64,000 nt of DNA. It comes from Perkinsus chesapeaki ATCC PRA-425 (taxonomy: Eukaryota; Protista; Perkinsozoa). A program made the position numbers and the translations under genes. Within the stretch, counting starts at the first letter, position 1; the number at the start of each line of letters is the position of its first letter. Under the pieces are notes generated by a model. It was not told the origin of the DNA. It saw nothing but the letters and a program-made list of their open reading frames with translations, and ran no database searches. The DNA lies in contig JAAPAO010000009.1 of assembly GCA_013115145.1 (NCBI GenBank), forward strand, positions 1-64,000. Direction: 5' to 3'. This document shows, one piece after another, positions 1-11,868 of this stretch.

Positions 1-180
1 CCGGTTGTTGAGGTGCTTGAGGCATTCCCGGTTGTTGATCTGCTTGAGGCATGCCCGGTTGTTGAGGTGCTTGAGGCATTCCCGGTTGTTGATCTGCTTG
101 AGGCATGCCCGGTTGTTGAGGTGCTTGAGGCATTCCCGGTTGTTGATCTGCTTGAGGCATGCCCGGTTGTTGAGGTGCTT
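1..180 (-). repeat. Coding tandem repeat: 54-bp unit made of two 27-bp variants, about 3.3 copies
   Basis: CCGGTTGTTGAGGTGCTTGAGGCATTC / CCGGTTGTTGATCTGCTTGAGGCATGC alternate; on the minus strand this reads [18 protein letters not shown] in the NECAP frame. Confidence 0.95.
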
Positions 181-1510
181 GTGGTCCCCCATGTGGCCTC
201 GTAGGGTAGGGCATCATCTGTGTTGGGTAGTACTGTCCTCCTTGATACAATGCCTGTGGTGGATATTGCCCCATGTAGGGAGGCATCTGCGGAGGGGGAT
301 ACCCTTGTCCTGGGTACGCAGGAGGAGGAGGACCATACGGCGGAGGCATGCCTTCTTGCTGGTAATAGCCCAGCACCGGAGGAGGAGGAGCCCCATAGGG
401 GCTAGGTTGCGGGTAGCCTGGCGGGCCTCCAGGACACACTTGCACAGCCGGCGGCGGTGGCTGGGGTCCCTCGGGGTTGCCACTAGACACACTGGCATCA
501 AAATCGATCAAGTCGTTAACAGTTGAGACTGGCTGAGCCGGTCCTGCCGCACCAGGTGCCCTGAAGCCAAAGTCACTCGCCACAAAAATGCTACTTCGAT
601 GCTACCTTCTATGTCGATGGAGGCCCGCGCCATGCCGACTTCGGCCGGCCACCGGAGGAGGGGCAAGAAACCCTGTCTCGTTCGCTGGAGCATCTCCCTC
701 GTTTGTTACGTCAGTCGGCGGCACCTGAGTAGCAAGCCCTAGGCAAGCCGGCCATGGCAGCTGCCTCTTACTGCTTGAGGTGGTGCTGCTGCTGCTGTAG
801 GGCCCGGCTTGAGCCCCTTCAGCCGCACTGTCACTTTACCCTCACCTTGTCGGGCTTTCTCACGCAAAGGGTTCTGAAAAATGTCCCTACATTGGAATCG
901 AACCCAGGACCTCGTACAATAAGATCCTTCTGTCCCCCAGCACCAGGTTTCAGTGCTGCCTTCGGGTCTCCAGCGCCCATGAGAGAGCGCTGACGCTGAA
1001 AGTCATATAGGCACCTAACCGATGATAATGATCATACAGCACACAAACGGACCTACGCATTGAAGTCGAAGGCGTCATTACGGTCCTCAAAACCTACACC
1101 GAGATAGGCGTGGTGACCCGAGCCATCACTGAGCCTCAGCACAAAGTATCTGAGGTTGACCCGTGCAATAACCGTGGGAGCTCGCCGAGTCTTACCGACT
1201 GGAATCTACTGTTCTCTGCACTACATTCTCAATGGGCGTGTCCGGCGGAATCGGACATGCCGCAAAAAGCTCGCCAGTGTTAGCGTCGACAAACTTGATA
1301 ACAAGCACGGCGCCCTGAGAACGCCACCCACAGTTTGCCGAGCCTCTAACTCTCCCAGGCTACCTTCGCGGCCACCTGTAGCCTTCCGCGCCATATGCAG
1401 TTGGTCCATTCGCCCGCCTTGTGGCCTCGACCAGTGGTCGAAGGTGGTACGTTATATACGTAACATTCTGGCTTGTTCAAGATAACATACTCTATACTAT
1501 CGTCACTCAT
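1..1510 (-). CDS. NECAP: NECAP (adaptin ear-binding coat-associated protein) homolog, multi-exon, with a long Pro/Gln/Tyr-rich C-terminus running off the window
   Basis: Spliced exons read [42 protein letters not shown] / [25 protein letters not shown] / [30 protein letters not shown], matching the NECAP PHear domain. Downstream are a DLIDFD motif and an open PPPY/QG-rich frame to base 1 (absent from the ORF track because it has no stop in the window). Confidence 0.88.
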
Positions 1511-1663
1511 GTCCGAGGGGCTGCTGTTGCCTCCAGCTGCTGCTGAGGACGATTGTTCCATATCTTCCGTGAAATAAAAACTGTACCGAAGTCCCCGCTA
1601 GTAGCGCCCTCCCAACTGCCTCATTAACCCAACAATGACGCAGATCTAACAACAACTTAGTAC

Positions 1664-3153
1664 TCATGCCACCAGGGGCCCACTGCCCCCCGCTGAGCCG
1701 GGGAACCTTCTCCCCGACAAATGCTTCAAACATGACTGAATCTGGTGAACCTATTCACCAATAACAATGTTGCTTTATATCCGATATTACCAATGAATGG
1801 TCCAAGCCCAGTTCGTCCAGGGCAAACTCATATGCCCTAAGATACGCCTCCATGGCCTCACTTTCCCTCCGCAAATGCTCGTATCTAACCAAAGATACCC
1901 AAACAAAAATATCGCCCCTCCGAATGCTACTACTCGCATGCTAGATTGAAGAAGGCCGTGCAGATAAGAGGCTTCGGACCCTTCCCAGGCAGCATAGCGT
2001 CACTCGCCACAGAATCTAAGCACCACTCAACCTTGCCAACTTCCCAGCTTGCCGACCTTCCAGCCCTCCAGAGCTGTCCCTACGCTGCTGCTTGAGGATC
2101 GCTAAAGCTGTCTTGGCATGGGCCTAACAATACCATTCCACTCGTTGCCCTCCCCTCTTCTATCCCTACCACCGCCTGCTTATGGTCGCCCATCTCCGAC
2201 AGCAACGCACACATGTTAGTATGAGTGGTTGAGGGATTCTAAAATGATCATTGCCGATACCGACGGCCAAGTCTATCCAGAGCCTATCCATCTAGCCTCA
2301 CGGAAGCCTCCTCGTCAAGTGCTCCCTCACGGGAAAAATAACAAACGTGTCCCTCGTGAAAACACTTGGTCCGAATGAGTCAGTTTCCCGTGGGTCCACT
2401 CTCTCCTGAGCTGCTCTCTACACAAGCCCCTTCTCCTTACAAAAGCATATGCTTCGGTAAGTGCCGAAGTGATGAGCTGCCCCCTTGTCTCAATCTCAAG
2501 TGCCTTCCTAAGGTACCCCAGTGCAGTGTGCAGCTTCCCCAGTGTTTTATAGAAGCATCCAAGGTTGTTATAGGTCACCGCCCGCAGTACCAACCGTGCT
2601 CCTCGAGTGATGTGATGCTGAACCCACACCACTCCCCCACTCGACCAGACCTCCTCCTTCCTACATTCGCTGAGTCCGTCACAGCCTCCGCCTTCGTAAA
2701 CAGCCTCAGTGCCTCATCCGTATCGCCCTCCTGAAGCTGCAAGAGCAATGAGATGCCGCATCCCCAACTGGGCTACCATATGCAAGGCCAAGGTATTGTA
2801 GCCTATCGCCAACCGCTCGAACAACGATGTCAAGAGGCATGGTCGAATCCGGCGGACCTGTCCCCAAATAAGCCTTCCCAGCCAACCGTGCCCTCAACCG
2901 TATGTTGCTCCCTTCTGAGAACACCCTCCAGTACCGCCACCGCATCACCGTGCTTCTGCTGCCTACTCAACTGTACGAATCTGAAGGCTGACGTCCCTTT
3001 ATGAAAGCACCACCACCAACGTTACTTGGACTCTGCCACTGCAAATGGCCTCAATAGAGATATCCTTGGATCCTCTGACTCTATGCTGTCTACCATCTTG
3101 GAGCAACCTTCCAGTGAGGGGAAGCCCAAATCAGACGGCAGGCAATCTTCCAT
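1664..3153 (-). CDS. TPR-repeat protein, multi-exon
   Basis: Exons encode ERLAIGYNTLALHMLQEGDTDEALRLFTKAE, AVTYNNLGCFYKTLGKLHTALGYLRKALEIE and EAMEAYLRAYEFALDELGLDH, which are TPR-like helical pairs. Start and stop positions were inferred from GT-AG parsing. Confidence 0.7.
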
Positions 3154-3675
3154 TTGGAATAAATCAACTGAGCTATGGATCATCCACACACTGAATGGGC
3201 GTAGAAGCGCCCTGAATGCCTTCCGGTAAACGATTACAGTAATAAAGACCGCGTGACATCGCTCGTGATGATAAGCGTTGTTGATTTGGTACAGATCACC
3301 ACACAATTAATATTATGATACTTTTTTCTTTGATAAAGTGGTTTATCTAATCTCATTTTAGGCTCTGGAATTATTACTTTGACCACAAGTCGACATATTT
3401 TTACCCAACAAAAACCGCATGGAACAGATTCTATCATATAGGCAACAGGTAAAACGGTAACCAGGGTGTGATGGATCACCAGCTACTATGAAATGTGCTA
3501 TTTTGCAGTGACGCTAAAAAACTCCTGTGACGCTTACTGAAGGCCTACCACAAGTACCAGGCTCGCCTTACGTGCCCATAAGGATTACTATACTGAAGGG
3601 AAGGCCGCCCACCCCAAGACACAAGTGCAATAGATTATTGGACAACAACTCCACATGACGGCATCGGCATGCTAG

Positions 3676-5290
3676 CTAGATCCGAAAGAGCGCCAAAGAA
3701 GCGGCCATTATAGCGGCTCCGGCAAAGAAGCCTCCAGCGCACCAAATGTGGCTGTGGTCCAGATGACAAGCTGTAATAAACAACTTAGTGATGGCAATAT
3801 ACACCTGTTCAGCATATACCACCGAGACATGACCCCAGGCTTACCATAACCCCCGCTGATAAAGCAAACATGACGGCATAGGCATCCGTGGAAAGCTGCT
3901 CACTGAGAACCAGCCAGGCCAGTATACCTGGAACCAAGTGTGTCCCTTATGGAGGACCGGAAGAATGCATCACCGCCAAGAGGCTCCGCAACAGCAGATA
4001 TGAAGCACCAGAAAGCCGCCTGTTTCTTGCTGCCAGTCGCCCGAAGGACCGGAGATGCCACAGCGATACCTGAGGATGAGGAGAAGCTCAGCTGGTGTCG
4101 ATTAGCCAAGCGACCTTCAGGTATATTGTGGATGGCTATGGCCATCGCCAACGCCACGCCCACTGACGGGTCTTTAATCGTCCCAATGAACGTTAGTATG
4201 CCTTCGGGGAAGTTATGAAGGCAAATTGCCCCGGTGGTGAACAGAGCCACTTTGAGGAGCTCCAGCTTATGATAAGCGCTGGGAGTCGCCGACTCCGCAA
4301 TGACGACCGCTCCAGAGTTGGTCGATAGATCCGTAATGCTGGATACTTGATGACGGTACTTCTGAAAATGTGATAAAAATCTGTTATGGTAGGCGATTCA
4401 GCGCGAGGGAGGCCAAGAATTGGGAAAGAAGCTCCCCATTGCTTCTATAAACCGAAGCAGAACGGGAAGCTTGTGGCGCTAATTAGCAGCAAAGCAGGAA
4501 GACACCACTGCCAAGCGCGTACATACCTCGGGAGTGCTATCTTCGCTCACCATAGGATTAACGTGTCGGCCTCCAGCCAGCTCCTGTAGAGCAACGGCGG
4601 CTGGAGCTATACCATGAGGATCATCATCATCATCATCAACATCAGAGCCTTCCTCTGGTGTCGCTTCCAACACATTGCATTCATTCCGCTGTTTATGACG
4701 GCCGCGTGCATGCCATTTGTGAGAGGCCCAATCTACCACCTGCTGCGCCCTAAAGGTTACCCCACAGAAAGCCAGACTACCAGAGATAGCAGTGTGGCTA
4801 GGAAATAGACCAAAGTGGTCATCATGAAGGCTTCGTCTTCATCGAACTTGCCGCCCTCTTGAAAGCTAACAAGAGAGCATGAAAATACGGCAACTCTTCA
4901 TGATTTGCCGATGGTATCCAACCCCTTGTGGTACGTCAATTTAACCTTCAAGAATCTTAGATGCGCAGCCCGGAAAGGGTAAAAAATTTCACAAGTAAAT
5001 CTTCTTTGATTCAAACCGTTCCCAAAAGGCCATAGGGAGGACGTACAGCTCAGTAGCCTCGGGAAATATCTCAACGTAGCTGACAAAGACCATGACACCA
5101 GCGGCCAGGGCCAGCGAGCCGGCCATGAACTTGTGATTGTGGGGATCGACAAACATTGATACGAGTCCACCTAGCATAGTAGCTCCACCTGAGGAGGGGA
5201 CCTCCGGAATTAGGGAGGGTTTGCAGCTGGCATACCTGCGGCACAGGTAAGGCCAATGGCTAGGCCGGTGTTTTCACTGTGGGCAACCAT
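3676..5290 (-). CDS. ZIP-family (ZupT/GufA-like) divalent metal transporter, copy 1
   Basis: MVAHSENTGLAIGLTCAAG start; GSLALAAGVMVFVSYVEIFPEA; CLHNFPEG; AIHNIPEG; AEPLGG; ends ALFRI*; short introns. Confidence 0.9.
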
Positions 5291-5582
5291 CACTGGGCAA
5301 AGGGCATGCAACAACAATCTGTGGGAAGATGCTGTAGGCGGATCTGTTGTGCGTCACCACGGCAGTATTGCTCAGCGCAGGATCATTCTCGCGCGCCTGA
5401 AAATCCAAATAGGGTCGAATCGCTCGAGGTCGAGGATTACAGCGGTTTCATCACCGATAGCCCGACGTCGAATAATCCAACATACATCTTTAGCGGCGCA
5501 CGTAACTATTTCCCCACTGTACGTAAAGTGGGCTTCCAGAACTCTTCGGGCAAACGCAAGGTTCATAAGAATCTCAAGAGGC

Positions 5583-7199
5583 TTATGGTATCAATATAAG
5601 CTCATTAAATGTACCAATCATGCAGCGAGGACTACCCCGAGAACGGCTCAAAACAGCTGGATCACCGCTAATGACGTCCCAGCCACTCCGCAGGACAGCA
5701 CCCGTATACAAGCCAACAGCACTGGACGTAGGGCACCAGTGTAGCTCCGAAGCCGACACCTCATCGCTGTCGAACAATATGTGGGATTGGTAACCAGCTG
5801 GAACGCTAAGAATCTGCACAAGGGCTTTGCTTGGGTGGTCTCCACTGAGTAGTAGTGCCAGCCACCGGCCATCGGGAGAATACTGCAGATGCACACATGG
5901 CCACCCACTAAGATCGGTCCACATAATGCGAGCCAGCCAGGGGCGGGACTTGCTCGTGAACGCATCACGCGACGAGTAAATCATAACGCTGGTATCGGAG
6001 GCCACGGCCACATGTCCAGACACCGACGACACCGCCATAGCAGAGACACCCTTCACTGACCTCACTATGGGTATAAAAGCACCTGCATTGAACCGGTAAA
6101 TGTGGGTATTCGACCATGCGATGACTTCATCGTTGGGTAGAGCTAATGCAGACTTCAGCTTATCTGAGATGCATCCAAGCTTGAAGCTTATATTTTCACG
6201 GTTGACGGTCACGAAGATACCATTGTCAGCAACAATGACCTTGTCTTCCGAGTCTCCGAGTGCAAAGCCATACACCTGGCCCTCGGCGAAGTCAACTACT
6301 TCGCCCTCGCCAATCAATACAGAACCATTCTCAAGCAGGTAGTGACCATTCACGAAGGCAGCCACTATGCTCCTACTGCCGGCCCTCAGCTTTGATGTCG
6401 ACCTTACAGTTCCCGTTGTGGTAAAGCCCACACGGAATCCTCCCGCACTGATGACATCAAAACCGTCATCCGCGAGAGTGACACTGGTGAAGACCAGATC
6501 AGCCCATTCAGGGCTGCACAGGCTGACTACGTCAGATGCATTATAGAGGTGCATCCTCAGAATGCAGCCTTTCCCCACAAGCACCACATAGTCGTCCAGA
6601 AACACTCCTCTCAAAAGGAGAAAATCTTGCGGGAACGCCACATGCCTAGGCCGATCCTCGGAAGTGTGATCCCAAAGCCAGACCGAATGGCCAAGTTCGT
6701 GCAAGGTCCAGCAGAGCCATTGTGTATCCACGCAAAGGAGGCGCCGTCGCCGGAGGTTAGGATCGCTTATCGATCGTACGGCCGTCATCCATGACGTGTC
6801 ATTATAACGCAAGATATGCAGCCTGCTGTCGGTGATCACAGCAACCTCGTCAAGATGCGAAATCATATGTTGAATGATGCCCTCCTCTAAACTGTACGAC
6901 AAGCGAACTTGTTCACCGCTGCTGTCAAAGACAGCGAGAGTTTTTCCACTATTGAGGCACCACCTGCCTTCGGTGAGGGAAGCTACAAGGCAGCTACTCG
7001 GGGAGACGCTCACCAAGCGACCCGGTTCGGTCTCGACACCAGCAGGTTGCTCTTTGGGAAGATCACAGATAAAAATTTCAGGGACACTTTCCGGAGTGTT
7101 GGGCACGTTTTCATGGCTTTCGGTTTCTGGTGGCTCGTCAGCGATGCGATAGGCATCCGCTGCTGGAGCTACCGATGACGAGCAGCCCATTAAGGACAA
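5583..7199 (-). CDS. Uncharacterised 538-aa uninterrupted ORF, probably beta-propeller-like, with a possible N-terminal acylation motif
   Basis: Long stop-free ORF with repeated short beta-strand-like segments (VSAMAVSSVSGHVAVAS, LQYSPDGRWLALL, LHWCPTSSAVGLY). The second Met (7190) begins MGCSSS. The 3' end may be spliced further. Confidence 0.65.
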   Translation of the reverse strand: MSLMGCSSSVAPAADAYRIADEPPETESHENVPNTPESVPEIFICDLPKEQPAGVETEPGRLVSVSPSSCLVASLTEGRWCLNSGKTLAVFDSSGEQVRLSYSLEEGIIQHMISHLDEVAVITDSRLHILRYNDTSWMTAVRSISDPNLRRRRLLCVDTQWLCWTLHELGHSVWLWDHTSEDRPRHVAFPQDFLLLRGVFLDDYVVLVGKGCILRMHLYNASDVVSLCSPEWADLVFTSVTLADDGFDVISAGGFRVGFTTTGTVRSTSKLRAGSRSIVAAFVNGHYLLENGSVLIGEGEVVDFAEGQVYGFALGDSEDKVIVADNGIFVTVNRENISFKLGCISDKLKSALALPNDEVIAWSNTHIYRFNAGAFIPIVRSVKGVSAMAVSSVSGHVAVASDTSVMIYSSRDAFTSKSRPWLARIMWTDLSGWPCVHLQYSPDGRWLALLLSGDHPSKALVQILSVPAGYQSHILFDSDEVSASELHWCPTSSAVGLYTGAVLRSGWDVISGDPAVLSRSRGSPRCMIGTFNELILIP

Positions 7200-7563
7200 T
7201 ACAGAGAGTTCTGTAACGAGTGGGATTAAAGCGGCCTGAAGGAAGCGTGGAACATTGTATTGAGTTGATATCGCAACATGGCGGAGTTCTTTCTGGGAGA
7301 GCTGCGCCGCTTAACTGTGGCATCGAAACCAAGGAGGTCTCTGAAAGATTCTATAGATGTCAGATGCACGCTTCGACCTTCGGAAGGTCGAGCTGCCATC
7401 GTCACCCTAATTGCACTCGACTTCTTTACTCCAATTTTCCAGGTTTGATTTACACTAAAGCAAGATATTTGGTAACATGAAAAGATATTAGAAATGAGAG
7501 AGTCAACACACAGGAGAGACATCAGACACAGTGTACCGTGGACCAATAGGCACTGAAAGACAC

Positions 7564-9355
7564 TCATATACGGAACAAGACCAACGATATCGCCATGACG
7601 GCAGTTCCAAACAGGAAACCTCCGCTGGCCCAGCGGTTAGTCGGATCGAAGTGCGAGGCGGAGAATTGCAGCTTAACTATGGCGATGTAAGCCTGAGAAG
7701 GATAAACATGTGCTCGGAAAGATACCAAATTGGTTACCATCACGCCTGCTGTGAGAGCGAACATTACTGCGATTGTGATATCATTGAGGACTTCACCGAG
7801 AATTAACCATGCCAGGATGCCTGAGGGATAATTTGCACGCCAATGCCATCACCCCGACTCGGGGTGGCGAGATTTGGAATATCTTTCGAGTTACTTAGCA
7901 AAGCTTGCCACGATGTCAACTACCCAGCAAGAGTACCACACATCACTTGAAAGTGGTACAAAGAACTTTTGTGGAGCAATATACCGCGCCATAGTGTATG
8001 GCCCATGAAGCCAAGCAGCGAAAGAAAAGGGCGGAAGGACGTATAGAGGCATGCTCATATGTCCTACCTCCAAGAGGCTCGGCAATGGCGGAAATAAAAG
8101 TCCAAAACATGGCCTGTTTCTTGCTGCCAGTGGCCTTTAGCACTGGCGAAGCGACGGCAATACCTGACACCAATTCACGGGACACAGGAAAGTGACAGAC
8201 TACCTTCCGGTATATTGTGAACAGCGATAGCTGTGGCCAGAGAGATGCCGACAGATGGATGCTCCAGGGTACCAATGAAGGTAACAATCCCTTCCGGGAA
8301 GTTATGCAAGCAAACTGCTCCAGCAGTGAACAGAGCGGTGCCTAGTAGTTCGGTTTTGGTATGGACCCGAGGCCGCGGCAGTTCCTCCTCAACAGTGGCT
8401 GATGGGGCATCGCTCGTAGTCGAAGAAGATGCGCTCGATGCCAAGTCGAGGCCGCCCTGAGGAAGCCATATCTCGCTCCTCGATTCCACAAACATTTTAC
8501 TATTAAACTACTTAACGGGAATTCCAGTCGAGAATCTTGACTACTAGAGTCTTGACAGTGACTGTTAATTTCGATCTTGACTCAAAATTTAACGACAACA
8601 GTAAAATATGGCCTACCTAATGAGAACCCCGTATCAAATATAGTACCACCTCCTCGCCTTGGATATCCTCCTTAGGAGCCTTAGAGGGTATCGGTTCAGC
8701 ACCTGTGGTCAACTCCTGCACGGCGATCGCTGCTGTGGCCAGGCCATGAGGATCTTCCTCTTCAGTGGGGGCTTCCTCTAGCTCTCCAGCGGCCTTGCGC
8801 TTCTTGCGAGAGATCCACAGTTGTGCGATTATGTCCGCGCCCTGAGCAGCGACAATTAATAGTAACCGCAGTGAAGATGGGCCGACTAACCAAGCATAGT
8901 AAGTTCCCTATAAAATACACCAGTGTGGTCATCATAAAGGCATGGTCCGCATCAAAGGTGCCGCTATCCTCGAACCTAAAGCAGCACGCTGCATCCCTCC
9001 CGTTAGAGGCACTGCGCTTACAGGCTGCTGGCTTTAGGGAAGATCTCTATAAAGCTTACGTAGACCATCACACCGGCTGCCATGGAGAGGCAACCAGCAA
9101 GAAGGCCATGGTTTCGAGGATCACAAATGCACGCCACAGCTCCTCCTATCATGGTGGCCAATCCTGAGTGGTTACAATGCTGACCGGCCAAGAAGAGCGA
9201 ACATTTGCCGACATTATTTCCGTCTAGTTTCGCGCTTCACGAGATCGGCTAAGACGGTGGCCGAAGCGATATTCCATCACTGCTGCTACAACCCATTACC
9301 TGCTGCCGTGGTCAATCCTATGGCCAGTCCTGCGTTGGGGTCATCTAGTACCATT
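7564..9355 (-). CDS. ZIP-family (ZupT-like) transporter, copy 2
   Basis: MVLDDPNAGLAIGLTTAAG start; GCLSMAAGVMVYVSFIEIFPKA; CLHNFPEG; AVHNIPEG; AEPLGG; ends VLFRI*. Confidence 0.88.
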
Positions 9356-9921
9356 TAAACCCAACTGAGAGGGCAAAAATCTATCACGGGACGAATGAGA
9401 ACATATTGGATATCAGCCTCAGATCGACAAGGATTGTTTATCGGGTTATTTTCATATTTTAGTACATTCGTTACTATGTCCAAAGATGGCCCTTTTTAGA
9501 CCATATAAAGGCCTATCTCACTCAGTGGGACCAACTTCGAAACGGATGTGAGCATATTCCCGGGTAACTGTCTGATAGTAAACAGAATTATAGCGGCCTT
9601 GCCGGAATGCAGCCTCGCCAACTGAATCAGCCACCAGTCGGAGTAAAATATCTGCTGTAAAGCTATTCCACAGGGAAAAGTCACGAAGGTAAATTAACCG
9701 TATACACGGTGAGAAGGGACAGTGAGGTACCCCCAGCAGAGCGGGGAAAGTCTAATGGAGACATGCTCACGCTAGGCTACCGAGAAATGAGGCTAGACAC
9801 AAGTTCTATCCTAACGATTGCTTAGTGCACGCGAAAGCTCGAAATGCGCATGCGTGCAGTGGTGGTTTAATCTATTTCTTTCTCATCGAAGTGTTACGGA
9901 GTCCACTCTCCTCTTCCCTAA

Positions 9922-11333
9922 ATGGTTGTTCAAAGTGAAAATGTCGGCTTGGCCATTGGGCTCACCTGTGCAGCAGGTAACCTCGTATGAATCTTTCTTG
10001 GTGATCGACCTTCAGGTTCGGCGTCCCTCATCGGCTGCTTGATCGCCTTTCTGCCGATGGCCCAAGACAACCGCTTCCTAGCTGGTTGTCTTTCGATGTC
10101 TGCTGGTGTTATGGTTTTTGTCAGCCTGGTCGAAATCTTCACCGAGGCAACCAACATGTAGTTCAAGTCCATCTCGTCTGCGCCCAGCGTCCTTGTTTGG
10201 GTGTATTTGTAAATCACATTTGGGTATCTTTTTTTGAACGGCTAGAACTTTTGAGTGGATCTTTTTGATAATGCGGTATTCTCATCTGAGCATTGTACTA
10301 GACCATCTCTATAAGGTTTGTCTCTCAGGCTCCACGAGGGAGGGCTGGAAGAGGACTTTGCTTTCATGGGCGTCGTCGGTGTTTTCTTCTTTGGCATCCT
10401 GTTAACCCTAGTAAGCCCCTTGCGCCAGTCTCGGTGGGAATGATCCTTTTCAGATTATGGATTTACTAAGCGACTTCTTTATGCGAAGAAAGGGTCTCTC
10501 TACCGCCCCACAAGACCAATTGGACAGAGACGAAGAGGGCGTAGGGGAGGCAGCCGCGGCCTTTAAGAAGCTGGCTAGCCGAACCCAAACTCCAGGAGCA
10601 GATATCGAGGTCAGTCTAGCGTTTTGGATTCCTCCCCGTAGTTCTTCATTTCAATTCTATATGTTATATCTTGGTGTTCTTTCACATATTTTTCGATCAT
10701 TTTTGAGCACCCCCAGCGTACCTGTGAAGCCACTCCATCAGTGCTTTATCAGGATGGCACAGTAGAAACGAAACCTGAAGCAAAGTTCCGACTGCTCACC
10801 ACTGGCGTCATGACCGCTATAGCTATCTGTCTCCACAACTTCCCAGAAGGGATAGTCGGTTTCCTCGGCACCGTCGAAGACCCTAGCGTCGGTGTGGCCT
10901 TGGCATTCGCCATTGGCGTCCATAACATCCCCGAAGGTAGCCCGCTCTAGCACTCACCCTTAAAAACTACTTACAGGTATCGCCGTTGCCGCTCCAGTGT
11001 TGAAAGCAACCGGTAGCAAGCTACAGGCATTTTTGTGGACGCTTTTGTCGGCTGTCGCTGAGCCACTAGGAGGCCTCCTCGCATGGGCCATTCTCGGTGA
11101 AGTCCTCGGACCGGCCGCTATTGGATGCTTGTTAGGGGCAACTGCAGGAATTATGGTAACGCGGGCTTCTCTTATCGTTTTATCACTCTTGCTGTTCTCA
11201 GACCTACATTGCCGTCCTTAAGCTCCAGACGCATGCTATTATCTATGATCCAAGCAACAAGTGGGCCGGAAATGGCTTCCTTTTGGGGATGGCCATCATG
11301 GCTTTGTCGCTCGTACTTTTCCGTATTCCGTAA
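9922..11333 (+). CDS. ZIP-family (ZupT-like) transporter, copy 3
   Basis: MVVQSENVGLAIGLTCAAG start; CLHNFPEG; GVHNIPEG; AEPLGG; ends LFRIP*. Confidence 0.9.
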
Positions 11334-11868
11334 ACTGCCCCCACTTATCTCGTACACTACCGTTGGTGCTCTACCCCGGTAGCCCTGTGTACACCTTCTG
11401 TACCCATCTGAGCCGAAGGCGGCGTGTGATATGCTTGTTCTTTACTACGTATATTTGTCCTCGCTTGAGGCTTTCCCTTAGCCATTGGGAGTCTTATTGC
11501 GAGTTTTTATGTACTTATCGCTTAGCTGCGATAGCCACCTCCTTCCAACGGGATTTCCTGGTTTGTTCTATCCTCCAGATTCGCTAGTGTAGAATCTGTT
11601 TCTTAGGATTTCTCCACCCGACATCAAGTCATGTTTGCATTGTTAATTTTGGGTTATCCTGCGCACAGAGACGGGTATCGTGCCATAATGGTTTTTACCA
11701 GTTTAGGCACCCTTCAGCCAGTGGTGCTTCAAGCTTGGCGATAGGCTGCGCATCATGGTCAGCATTTTGGAGATAACCCTCAGCCGTTTGTTTCTATCCA
11801 TCGAGCACCTTCCCGTCCGACCTCGTATGGGCGGTATTTCCTCTCAGTATTCTCCCTTTCTTTTTACT

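Noticed and set aside
1-180. Short direct repeats as a CRISPR array
   Set aside because: The units are contiguous with no unique spacers, are a multiple of 3, encode a peptide repeat, and sit in a eukaryotic context with no cas genes.
5-526. Plus-strand ORFs over the repeat (173 aa, 63 aa) and the many 60-160-aa ORFs antisense to the ZIP, malic enzyme and eIF2-gamma genes
   Set aside because: These are shadow ORFs of real coding sequence on the opposite strand or frame, with no independent motifs.
874-917. tRNA-like T-arm/B-box (GAGGTCCTGGGTTCGATTCC on the minus strand)
   Set aside because: It lies in a 44-nt NECAP intron, the T-stem pairing is broken, and there is no acceptor, D or anticodon arm. 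At most a tRNA-derived fragment.
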